This document shows positions 17,520 through 32,079 of a DNA stretch of 64,000 nucleotides, piece by piece (the stretch's first letter is position 1; every line of letters starts with the position of its first letter). Made by a program: the position numbers and the translations under genes. The stretch comes from the human T2T-CHM13v2.0 reference genome, Homo sapiens: NCBI RefSeq assembly GCF_009914755.1, contig NC_060938.1, one strand, 5' to 3'. The notes beneath the pieces are model-generated. The model was not told where the DNA came from. It saw only the letters and a program-made list of their open reading frames with translations, and made no database searches.

Positions 17520-18700
17520 TTTAATCATTTATTTAACATTAAAATGTGTAAAGTGTGCTAATCTTAAAATATTGTGCACACCTGAATAACTACTCTCAAG
17601 ATCAAGATCTAGAACATTTTTAATATGTAGGAGGTTTCCTCTTGTGTCTTTATACTCAATACTCACTCTCAGTGGTAACCAGTATATGACTTCTTTAAAT
17701 ATTTATTAGTTTTGCCTGCCCTTGAACTTCATGTAGATAAAATCTTTTAATGTCTTCTCTCTTGCAGTGTAATGCTGAGATCCATCCATGTTTTTGCATG
17801 AATCCTCAGTGTATTCTTTTTTGTTGTTATATAGTATTACACTGTATTATGTACTACAAAATGTCCATTCTCCTGTTGACATCTGAGTTATTTCTAACTT
17901 GGGGCTATTATGAATAAGCTGCCATAAACATCCATGTGTATGTTTTATGGGATTCAGATGCACTAATTTCTTTTGTGTATATACCTAGAAATGTGACTGC
18001 TGGATTTTAGCTTAGGGATATGTTTAGTTTTAGTTGGTTCTGTCAAGCAGTTTTCTAAGGTAATTGTACCGATTTAATCTCCAACCATTCATATGAGAAT
18101 TCCAGTTGTTCTACATCCTTATTAACACTTGGTTTATCTGTTTCTGTGATTCTTGCAGGTGTGTTTTGGTATCTCTTTGTGTTTTAAAAATGCATCTCCC
18201 TGTTGAGTACTGCTTATTGTCTACTTGGATATCCATCTTTGTGAAATGGTGGTTCATGTTTTTTGTTGATTTAAGATTGCATTGTTTGTTTTTTTCTTAC
18301 TGATTTATAGGAATTCATGATATATTTTGGATATGTGCCCTTTGTCAGATGTGTTGCAGATATCAATCAATGGCTTGTAATTTCACTTGCTTAATGGAGT
18401 CTTTTGCTGTAAAATGCTCTTCTAATTTAGCTCAGGTTATCAAATTTTTCTATTCAGATTTATGTGTATTTTATTTAAGAAGTCTTTTCTACCTTATGAA
18501 AAATTCTGTTTTCTTCTAGAAGCTTGATTGTGTCAGCTTTTACATTTATGTCTATGATCTCACTCAAATTAACTTTTTGAATAGTGTGAAATAAGTGTCA
18601 AGGTTAATTATATTTTCCATATGGATGTCTAGTTGTTCCAGCACTTAATTACAGTGGTATCTTGGTTATAAATCAAGTGACCATATGTGTGATCACCACT
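17520..18700 (-). mobile_element. L1ME-like 3' region
   Basis: Antisense old L1 3'UTR and ORF2 end (TGAGATCCATCCATGTT; GGGGCTATTATGAATAAGCTGCCATAAACATCC). Confidence 0.7.
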
Positions 18701-18772
18701 CTAACCTTTGATAGCTGTCTCCCTAAGCATCCTACTTGTATATACTTATTATAACAATGTTTAAATAATTCG

Positions 18773-19069
18773 GGTTTGGCACAGTGGCTCACAGCTGTAA
18801 TCCCAGCACTTTGGGAGGCCAAGGTGGGCAGATCACCTGAGGTTAGGGGCTTGAGACCACCCTGGCCAACATGGTAAAACCCCATCTATTAAAGATGCAA
18901 AAAAAATTAGCCGGGCATGGTGGCAGGTGCCTATTGTTCCGTCTACTCCGGAGGCTGAGGCACAAGAATCGCTTGCACCTGGGAGGCAGAGGTTGTGGTG
19001 AGCTGAAATCATGCCACTTCGCTCTAGCCTGGGTGACAGAGCAAGACTCTGTCTCATAATAATAATAAA
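18773..19069 (+). mobile_element. AluS
   Basis: Full dimer with (TAA)n tail. Confidence 0.93.
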
Positions 19070-20273
19070 TTAATTATTTCTGTTCATGGTAGTCGCACTT
19101 ACTTAACAGTTGAAGCTCTCCTTTCTTCCCATGTATAAGAGTATAGACAATTTGAACCAATAATTCTTCTATTTCTGAATTTTTTTGTTTTATTTATTCT
19201 TTCTTTGGAAATGGTTTTCATTTTTTATTTGTAAGCACACTTTTCACTTAAGAAATAAAAGTAATGGTTCAGTGCTGGCCTTTTACAAGTTTTGCATGAT
19301 AACCTTCATATTTATATGTAACACTTGAGAATTTAAAAGCTTTTATGTTTTCAATAATAAACTTTTAAAATAGTGGTTGTCACTGCTTATATTATAACTC
19401 AACATATTCTGCACAAAGTATTTAATATGTTTAGTTTTGCTTACATTACTTCAACTTGTTTTACCTTCAGGTCATATCAAAAATATAGTGGGAGCTCTGG
19501 AAATTACTCAGGAAAGAGAATAATTTGAAAGTCAAGCTATTTGGAGGGCAGAGATAAGAGGTTGCCAGTTATATGGGTTTTATTAGGATTCTCTTCACCA
19601 GAGGCTACAACCTTACAGAACTGTGATCAGTGATTATGTCATGTGAATTTTTCCTTTTTGCAAACTAAGCTCTGTGAACCTAGATCTCAGATACATATGA
19701 CTGGGGACTCTTGACAGTTCCTTTTCTTCCAGCTGTTTTATTTTATACTTTATTATTTGGTACACTTCCAGGTACTTTGAGAAACAGATTTAAATATTAT
19801 CTCTCTATAAATTTTTTATACCAAAAGACAATGATTATCTGGACAGCCCAAGGCAGGAATATGTTACCTAATGCTCAAGGAGAGGAATTAACTTTAAATT
19901 CCAACATAAAACAAAAGGTTTTGACATCTCTGGTAGCAACTACTGTGTTTTTTAACTGATTAGGAATGATAATTTAAAAAATTTCCCATATGAAAAACTG
20001 TTTCTAAAATGTACTAAACTTTCTGATTTTTCTGTTTCCTTAGAGTTCTTCTTATAGTAGTGATTTATAAATTGGTATTTTTAAAAATTACATTTTATTG
20101 AATAGGTATATCCATTCCCTGTTTCATCAAGTTTCAGGGAGAAAATAGGGGAAAAGTCTGTTATATAGTATCTGATCATTTATAGTCAGCTTCAAAATTT
20201 TAGAGGCTTGAAGAATATGTCTATTATATATGAAACTGATATGCTAAATATAATAGACATATGTAGAGTGTAG

Positions 20274-20691
<418 letters not shown>

Positions 20692-20765
20692 TAGGCTAGA
20701 AAATAGAATGCATGTGAGTATAGGTATATGTGTATATGCATATAGAAATACTTCTAAAATTGGTT

Positions 20766-23220
20766 TTTAATAGACCTTTTAGAGCAGTTTTAGGTTCACA
20801 GCAAAACTGAGCAGAAGGTATACAGATTGTCTATATATCCCATGCCCCAACACATGCATAGCCTTTCCTACGATCAGCATCCTCCACCAGAGTGGTCTAT
20901 TTGTTATACTTGATGAACCTACATTGACACATCTTTATCACCCTGAATCTGTAGTTTACATTAGAGTTCACTCTTGGTGCTGTACATTTTATAGGTTTTG
21001 ACAATATATAATGACATATATCAACTGTAATAGTATCATACAGAATAGTTTCACTATCCTAAAAATCCTCTGTGTCCTGCCTATTGATCCTTCTCTCCCT
21101 CTGACCCCTGATATGCACTAATCTTTTTATTCCCCCACAGTTTTGCCTTCTCCAGAAAGTCGTAGTTGGATTCATACAGTATGTAGACTTTTCTGATTGG
21201 CTTCTTTCACTTAGCAGTAGCATTTAAGTTTCCTCCATGTCTTTTTGTGACCTTATGGCTTACTGCTTTTCAGTACTGAATAATATTTCATTGTTTGTGT
21301 ATATCACAGTTTATCTAGCCACCCACTGAAAAACATCTTGGTTTCTTCCAAGTTTTGGCAGTTATGAATAAAGTTGCCATAAACATTTGTGTGTAGGTTT
21401 CTGTGTGGATATAAGTTTTCATCTATTTTGGGTAAATACCAAGAAACATGATTACTGGATCATATGGTAAGAGTATGTTTAATTTTGTAAGAAACCGCCT
21501 GTCTTCCAAAGTGGCTGTACCAATTTGCATCCCCACCAGCAAGAAATGAGCGTTTCTTTTGCTCCACATCCTCACCATCATTTGGTGGTGTCAGTATTCT
21601 GGATTTTGGTCATTCTGATAGATATGTAGTGGTATCTTATTGTTGTTTTAATTTGCATTTCCATGATGACATATAATATGAAACATCTTTTCATATGCTT
21701 ATTTGCCATCCATATATCTTATTTGGTGAGATGTATTTAAGGTCTTTGGCCAATTTTTAAATTGGGTTGTTTGTTTTCTTGTTGTTGAGTTTTAAGAGTT
21801 CTTTGTATGTTTTGGATAACAATTCTTTATCAAATGTGTCTTTTGGAAATATTTTCTCCCGGTTTTTGGCTTGTCTTCTCATTCTTTTGACAGTGTCTTA
21901 TGCAGAGCAGAAATTTTATTTTTAATGAGGTCTAGCTTATCAATACGTTCTCTCATTTGGTGCTATATCTAAAAAGTCATTGCCAAACCCCAAAGTCATC
22001 TAGATTTTCTCCCAGGTTTCATCTTTTGTAGTTGTATCACAATTCTTGGAGATTCTGTTCTGGTTCCCCTCATCCCCCCAGTCTTTTTTCTCTTTGCTTT
22101 CAGTTTTGCACCTTTCAACTGAGATATACTCAAGCTCAGAAACTCTTTCTTCAGCCATTTCCAGTCTACTAATATGTCCATCAAAGGCATTGTTTATTTC
22201 TATTGAAGCGTTTTTCTTCTCCAGCATTTCTTTTTATTTCTTAGAATTTCCATCTGTTTACATTATCTGTTGGTTTTTGCACACTGTTTACTTTGTCCAT
22301 TAGAGCCCTTAGCATATTAATCACAGTTTAAAAAAATGTCTGGTCTGATAATTCCAGTATTATTGCCATGTCAGTGTCTGGTTCTGATACCCTGTATCTT
22401 CAGACTATGTTTTTCACCTCTTAGGATTCCCTGTACTTTTTTCTTCCTAGCCAGGCATGATGTATGGGTAAAAGGAATTGCTTTAAATAGGTTTTTAGTA
22501 AGGTATGGGCAAGTGCAGGGGGCAGGGGGAATATTCTGTAGTCCTATGAGTACATCTCAGTTTTTTAATGAGCCTTTGCCTCTGGAATGTGAAGTTCACT
22601 GGTGCTTCTCAGATCCCTGCTCACTGCCCTCCTCCCTCTTTAGGTGGGACAGAATGACTAGAGGGGGCTGGAGTTAGGTATTTCCCTTCCCTCTGGTATG
22701 TTCAGCTCCGATATAAACCCAGCAGGCTGGGTTCTGGTAAACTAGTTGCTTCTGAGAGTAGATCTTTGTAAGGGTAGAGTACTCCTGCATATTTCAAAAT
22801 AGCTACTTCCCCCTTCCTCTTGCCAGAAGCACCAGCTTTTTCTCTGACATTCACCGTGAGAACCTGGCTGAGTTCATGCAGGTAAAACTCACAACAGTGT
22901 GGGGACCCCCATGTTACTGAGTCCTCCTAGAGTTTTTGACCCTCAGACTTGTCAACACTGAGCCTCCATCAATTTGTCATTTACAGTTTAAGTTTTTCTC
23001 CCATGGCACTCATTTCTGCTTGTAGGTTTCTACATGGATAAATTGTGGTTCTTCATATCTGCCTGTCTACCTGTCTAATTTTTGGGGCACTGGTTTGCCC
23101 TGTGACCTCACCTCTCTTACAGATCTAAGAAAAGTTGGTTTTTCAGTTTGTTCAGTTTTTTACCTGTTAGGACAGAGTTGCAACTTATAAGCTCCTTCCA
23201 TGCCAGACGTGAAACCATCC
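20766..23220 (-). mobile_element. L1MC-like element with both ends but a large internal deletion
   Basis: L1MC1/2-type 3' end (TTTAGAGCAGTTTTAGGTTCACAGCAAAA) joined at ~22022 to ORF1 coiled-coil (EINNAFDGHISRLEMAEERVSELE) and 5' region; candidate TSD AAAATTGGTTTTT / CAAACTGATTTTT. Confidence 0.75.
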
Positions 23221-23505
23221 CCAAACTGATTTTTTAAATATCCCATATCTTTATAAAAGTAATAGGAGGCAACCTAAAATAAAAATATAAAATCCTCTCC
23301 CTCCCCCTAAAAAAGCCTAAGACAGAAGATACACTTCAATAAATGCAGAGGAAGGAGATAGGAAACCCATATTAAAATATCCAGACAATAGATATGACCC
23401 TAATTTACCCAGAATTCTCAAGCTCCAGAGATCATGGCAGACAGAGATACTGTTAGAATTTGCCTAATTCTCCACTGGCACTATGAAACCAATTTTAACT
23501 ATTGT

Positions 23506-23507
<2 letters not shown>

Positions 23508-23552
<45 letters not shown>
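23508..23552. repeat. (CA)n microsatellite, about 22 units
   Basis: Read directly from the sequence. Confidence 0.98.
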
Positions 23553-23553
<1 letters not shown>

Positions 23554-23630
23554 CTTCCTTTCCCAGGTTCATGCCATTAGGACATCCACTTCTTATCTTT
23601 GTCTTTTATATTATCTGTTAAGTTGTATGC

Positions 23631-23785
23631 CAGTGACTTTCAAACTTGACTCTATGCCTGAATTACCTGGGATTCTTGTTAAGATGCAGATTCTGATTCA
23701 GCAGGCCCGAAGTGGGGTCTTAGATTTTGTATTATTAACAAGCTTCTAGATGATGCTATTGGACCATACTGCAAGTACCATGAAG
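23631..23785. mobile_element. MER5-like (hAT-Charlie)
   Basis: CAGTGACTTTCAAACTT..GAATTACCTGGG..TGCAGATTCTGATTCAGCAGG..TAACAAGCT. Confidence 0.7.
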
Positions 23786-23837
23786 GTTCTAAAGCAGCCA
23801 CCAATATTTACTAAGAACTTTACCAGCTGGCCTGTAG

Positions 23838-24208
<371 letters not shown>

Positions 24209-24574
24209 TAAATTTTATTTTCACTGCATTTTTAAGCCATAATCTTACCTAGATTTTATCATTAGAACTCTCCCACCTCTAAATCCTGTATTTCAGGGTA
24301 TTACTTTGATTTTATCTTTTAGCTTTCTTACTACCTTACTTATAGGGAGCTGGGTCTCTAACCTCAGTGAGATTTCCAGACCCTGACATCATTATTTTAC
24401 CTGAGCCTAACAGTCTCCTTCTTACAGTATATTCTTTGCTGAACCTGAAGTTCACCTCCACCGTTTAAATGTCTTTCATACCTTCATCTTTCTTGTCTTT
24501 TGCTTACCCATCCCTGTATCAGAATTGCAGTTCAGCTTCTCCATTTCTTTAGCTAGGTTGCTGAATATATCTAA

Positions 24575-24953
<379 letters not shown>

Positions 24954-25885
24954 TTGGGCTCTTAATGCTGCTGTTTTTTGACCCTAGACTTTCCTGGATG
25001 AGGAAGGCATTCTTTTGCATGCATCTGAAAAGTTTACCACTAGAGAGAAAACACTTTTGAGGAACTAAAGGAGATATTGTGTGTGTGTGTGTGAGTGCCC
25101 ATGTAGAAATAAGGACGAAGTATTCTGGAAAATAGAAAATGTTGTTTAGTGTTTCTTAGCAGTTAACAAATGAAAGAGCCCCGCTCTTCAAGTGGCTCTT
25201 GCTATGTCTCTTGCTATTGTCAGGTTAAGCCATAACTCTCTGTTTCTCATCTTATGCAGTTTAAGGATAATATATTAGATGAATGCTGAAGAAAGTGTTA
25301 GTTATTTATCTAGGGGAAGGCTTAGCATCTAGATAGGGAAAGGATGAGGAAAAAGAGATATAAGGACAGCTTTTACCAAGAGAGATAATAGGAATGAAGT
25401 GAAAATGGGGAAAAAATGTGATCTCTTGGGTGAGAGAAGGTAGATTAACAAATGAATTTGAGGCTAAGTCACTCAGCCTTATGTCGTAGACATGAATATA
25501 AAGAACCTATTTTGTATTACAAATACTGTTAATAGATATATCATGGATTTTTACATTTTGTATTTAAACAGGCAGTTTGGAAATCTTCTGACTAAGCATT
25601 TTGAATAATTGATATTCAGAATATCATTTGTCATCTATGAAGATATTTGATGAAATGAATTTGCATTTAAACATTCGTGATGATTCTGAGTAGGAAAAAT
25701 ACACAGAAGAACAAAGCACTTAATTATGTTTCTTTAAAAATAAACGCCACAAAAAGCATTTAAAAATAAGATAAAATATAGTATGTAGAGAACAACTATA
25801 TCTCAGAATTTAGATTATTTTGTAACTGTATACAGGATAATAGAATATGTATTTTAATGTATACATTATATTGAAAGATTTGTAG

Positions 25886-26200
<315 letters not shown>

Positions 26201-26312
26201 TAGAATCTTTAAAAAAAATCTTCAGACACAGCTTAAATATCACTCTTTTAACCCTTTGTAAATGAACTCAGTCTCCTTTCTTTCAAAGTTCCCTTTAGGT
26301 CTAGGTTATTTC

Positions 26313-26734
26313 TTTTTTTTTATTTTTATTTTTATTATTATACTTTAAGTTCTAGGGTACATGTGCACAATGTGCAGGTTTGTTACATATGTATACATGC
26401 GCCATGTTGGTGTGCTGCACCCATTAACTCGTCATTTGCATTAGGTATGTCTCCTAATGCTATCCCTCCCCGCTCTCCCCACCCCACGACAGGCCCTGGT
26501 GTGTGATGTTCCCCTTCCTGTGTCCAAATGTTCTCATTGTTCAATTCCCACCTATGATTGAGAACATGTGATGTTTGGTTTTTTGTCCTTGTGATAGTTT
26601 GCTGAGAATGATGGTTTCCACCTTCATCCATGTCCCTACAAAGGACATGGACTCATCCTTTTTTATGGCTGCATAGTATTCCATGGTGTATATGTGCCAC
26701 ATTTTCTTAATCCAGTCTATCATTGTTGGACATT
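26313..26734 (-). mobile_element. L1PA (PA4-6-like) 3' end
   Basis: Young L1 3'UTR and ORF2 C-terminus ([22 protein letters not shown]). Confidence 0.92.
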
Positions 26735-26835
26735 TTTGTATTTTTTTAGTAGAGATGGGGTTTCACCGTGCTAGCCAGGATGGTCTTGATCTCCTGACCT
26801 CGTGATCCACCCGCCTTGGCCTCCCAAAGTGCTGG
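26733..26835 (-). mobile_element. AluY-like left-arm fragment fused to the L1PA
   Basis: TTTTTGTATTTTTTTAGTAGAGATGGGG...CCCAAAGTGCTGG; no right arm and no Alu 5' terminus. Confidence 0.9.
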
Positions 26836-26962
26836 TGTTGATTTCTTTTTCAGCTAGTTTGTTATTGCTGTATGTAAATGCTACTGATTTTTGTATGTTG
26901 ATTTTGTATCCTGTTACTTTACTGAGTTTGTTTAGTAATTATAAGAGTTTTTTGGTGGAGTT

Positions 26963-27359
26963 TGTGGGGTGCACGGTAACATATTCAGGCTTATGTACAA
27001 GGCATTTGAGGTCAGGGCATGGAAAAATACTGAGGCACTGTGTGTATGTTATTTGTGCATGAGACTAAAACTCCTTGACCCTGAAAACAGGACGGGAAGT
27101 TGAGTTCATGGTATGATAAGGAACGCTGAAAACAGCCTCCTAATAATGCAGTTTAAGTGTTTTTACAAGGCCACAGGTGTCTCACGACCCAGCCTCAAAA
27201 AAGCCATCTAGTGGATGTTTGTGGTTTAACAAGCCCTTTCTATAAGTAATTGGTGGGCGGATGCTGGGGCGGACTCTCTTAGAAAAGCTGCCCCTCACCC
27301 CGCTCAGCTGAAATTGTCTAAAAACTTCTTGGCATTCACTGCAAGCTATAAGCTCTGCA
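26963..27359. mobile_element. Solo LTR (397 bp), family not assigned
   Basis: TG...CA termini; perfect 5-bp TSD GAGTT (26958-26962 / 27360-27364); interrupts L1 ORF2. Confidence 0.85.
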
Positions 27360-27950
27360 GAGTTAAGGGTTTTCTGTATAGAAAGTCATATCATCTGCAA
27401 ACAGGGACAATTTGATTTCTTCTCTCCCAATTTGGATTCCCTTTATTTATTTTATTTATCTTGCCTAATTGCTCTGGCTAGGACTTCCAGTACTGTGTGG
27501 AATAAGAGTGGCAAGAGTGGGCATCCTTGTCTTGTTCCAGTTCCTAGAGGAAAAGATTTCAACTTTTCCTCATTCAGTAAGATGTTAGCTGTGGTTTTGT
27601 CATTTATTGCCTTTATCGTGTTTAGATACATACTTTCTGTACCTAATTTATTGAGAATTTTTATCACGAATGACTGGCAAATTTTGTTAAATGCTTTTTC
27701 TGTATTTGTTGAGATGATCATATAGTTTATGTTCTTTCTGTCAATGTGATGTGTCACAATTTGATACAAATGGTAAACCATCCTTGCATTCCTGGGATGA
27801 ATCCTACTTGATCATGGTGTATCATCTTTTGAATGCACTATTAGATTTGGTTTTCTAATATTTTGTTGACAATTTTTACATCTATGCTCATCAGGGATAT
27901 TGGCCTGTAGTTTTGCTTTTTTGTTGTGTTCTTGTTTGGTTTTGGTATCA

Positions 27951-28379
<429 letters not shown>

Positions 28380-28389
28380 TCAGCAGTAA

Positions 28390-28708
<319 letters not shown>

Positions 28709-29854
28709 TGTCCTGGGCTTTTCTTTGATGCGAGACTTTTTATTATTGATCCCATCTTATTACTCATTATTGGCCTGCTCAGGTTTGTTGTTTCTTTCTG
28801 GTTCAATCTTGGTAGGTTGTATTTTTCCAGGAATTTATCCATTTCTTCTTGGTTTTCCAATTTTTTGGCATATATTTGCTTATAGTAGTCTTTAATGATC
28901 CTTTGTATTTATGTGGTCTTGGTTGTAATTCCTCTATTTTCACTTCTGATTTTATTTATCTGGGTCTTCTCTCATTTTTCCTAGTATAGCTAATGGTTTG
29001 TCAAATTTGATTATCTTTAAAAAACGCTTTTTGTTTCATTCATCTTTTGTATTTTTTAAAGTCTCTATTTCATTTACTTTCACTCTAATCTTTATTCTTT
29101 CTTTCCTTCCAGTAATTTTGGTTTTGATTTGTTCCTTTTTAGTTCCTTGAGGTACATCAATATGTTAGGTATTTGAAATCTTTCTACTTTTTTTATACAG
29201 GTGTTTCTTGATGGTAAACTTTCCTCTTAGAACTGCTTTTGCTGTATTTCACAGGTTTCGATAGGTTGTATTTTTTTGTATTTGTTTCATGAAATTTTAA
29301 AATTTCCTTTTTAATTTTTTCGTTGACCCATTGGTCATTCAGGGGCATGCTGTTTAATTTCCCTGTATTTGTACTATTTCCAAAGTTCCTCTTGGTATTG
29401 ATTTTTAGTTTTATTCCGTTGTGATCAGAGGAGATAGTATGTGTTTTTTCAGTTTTTAAAAATTTGTTGAGATTTGTTTTGTGGCCTAACATATGGCCTA
29501 TCCTGGAGAATGGTCCATGTGCTGATGAGAAGAATGTGTATTCTGCAGCTGTTGAATGAAATGTTCTGTTAATGTTTGTTAGGTCCATTTGGTCTATAGT
29601 ACAGTTTAAGTCTGATGTTTCTCTGTTGTTTTTTTGTTGAGATTGTTTGTTCATTGCTGAGAATTGGATGTTGAAATCCTCAACTGTTATTGTATTGGAT
29701 TCAGTCTCTTCCCTTAGACTGAATATTTGCTTTGTACATTTGGATGCTTTGTTGTAGGTGTGTAGATATTTACAATTGTTATATCCTCTTCCTGCATTGA
29801 TTCCTTCGTGATTATGTAATGACCTTTTTGGTCTTTTTTTAAAAGTCAATTTAA

Positions 29855-30184
<330 letters not shown>

Positions 30185-30210
30185 CTGCTTTGTTTTTATT
30201 TCCATTTGCA

Positions 30211-30284
30211 TGGAATCTTTTTTGCATCCCATACCTTTAAGTCTGTCTTGGAATCTTTTTCATCCTATACCTTTCAGTCTGTCT
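30211..30284. repeat. Imperfect ~37-bp tandem duplication within L1
   Basis: TGGAATCTTTTT..CATCC(C/T)ATACCTTT(A/C)AGTCTGTCT twice. Confidence 0.85.
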
Positions 30285-31244
30285 GTCTTTACATGTAAAG
30301 TGAGTTTTTTGTGGGCAAAATATAGTTGGGATTTTTAAAAAGAAATCCGTTCAATCACTCTATATCTTTAATTTGGGAATTTAATAACAGTCAAGATTAT
30401 TGATGATACATTGAGGACTTACTCCTGTTATATTATTGATTGTTTTTTGATTGTTTTGAATTTCCTTTGTTCTCTTTTTTCCTCTCTTGTTTATCTTTGC
30501 AGTTCGGTTGATGTCTGTAGTGATAAGGTTTGATTTCTCTCTTTTTCAGCTGTGTATCTGTTCTACCTGAATTTTATACTTTATACTGTTTTCATGAGGC
30601 AGTTATTGTCCTTTTGCTTCCAGATGAAGGATGCCTTTAAGCATTTGTTGTAAAGCTGGTCTTATGGTGATGAATTCCCTCAGTTTTTGCTTGCCTGGGA
30701 AATACTTTATTTCATCTTCATTTCCGATTTTTGCTGGGTATAGTATTCTTGTTTGGCAGTTTATTTTGTTTTCACAGTTTAGATGTATCATCCTATTCTC
30801 TTCTGGTGGGTGAGCTTTCTTCTGAGAAATCTTCTGGTGGTTTAATGACAATTTCCTTATATGTGGCTTGACAGTTTCTTTTCCCTCTGCTTTTCGAATT
30901 CTCTTTTTTTTCTTTCGTTTTTGATATTTTGATTGTAATGTGGCTTGGAGACTACCTTTTTGGCTTGATTCTATTTGGGGACTTTTGAGCTTCTTCATTT
31001 GAATGTTTATAACTCTCCCATGACTTGGGAAACTTACAACTGTAATTTCATTAAACATGTTTTTGGTGCCTTTTTTCATCTCTTCTCCCTCCAGTATTCC
31101 CATAATGCAAAAATTTGTTTGCTTAGTGGTGTCTCATAAGTCCTGTAGGTGTTCTTCATTCTTTTTTATTCTCCTTTTTTGTTCCTCCTACTGAGTTATT
31201 TCAAAAGACCTGTTTTCAAGTTCAGAAATTCTTTCTTCTGATGA

Positions 31245-31766
<522 letters not shown>

Positions 31767-32079
31767 ACAATCATTATTTTTAATTATTTTTCATGCATTT
31801 TGTAGATTTCCTTTTCTTTGAAGTCTCTTATGGGATAATTATCATGTTCTTTGGAGGCGTCATTTTTCTTTGCTTTATCATTCTTCTTTTGTCCCCATAT
31901 TAATATCTGCAAAACTAGTGGAACAGTCACCTCTACCAATTTTTTATAGTAGCTTTGTAGGGAAAGACTTTTTCTTGTAGTTGTTTCCTGTCATGTTGGA
32001 TGTGTAGGGTAATTTAGCTTTAGTTCTGGTTGTATATAGTAATGTGGTCTCTGTGTGGTATTTTTGGCTGTAATCAGCA

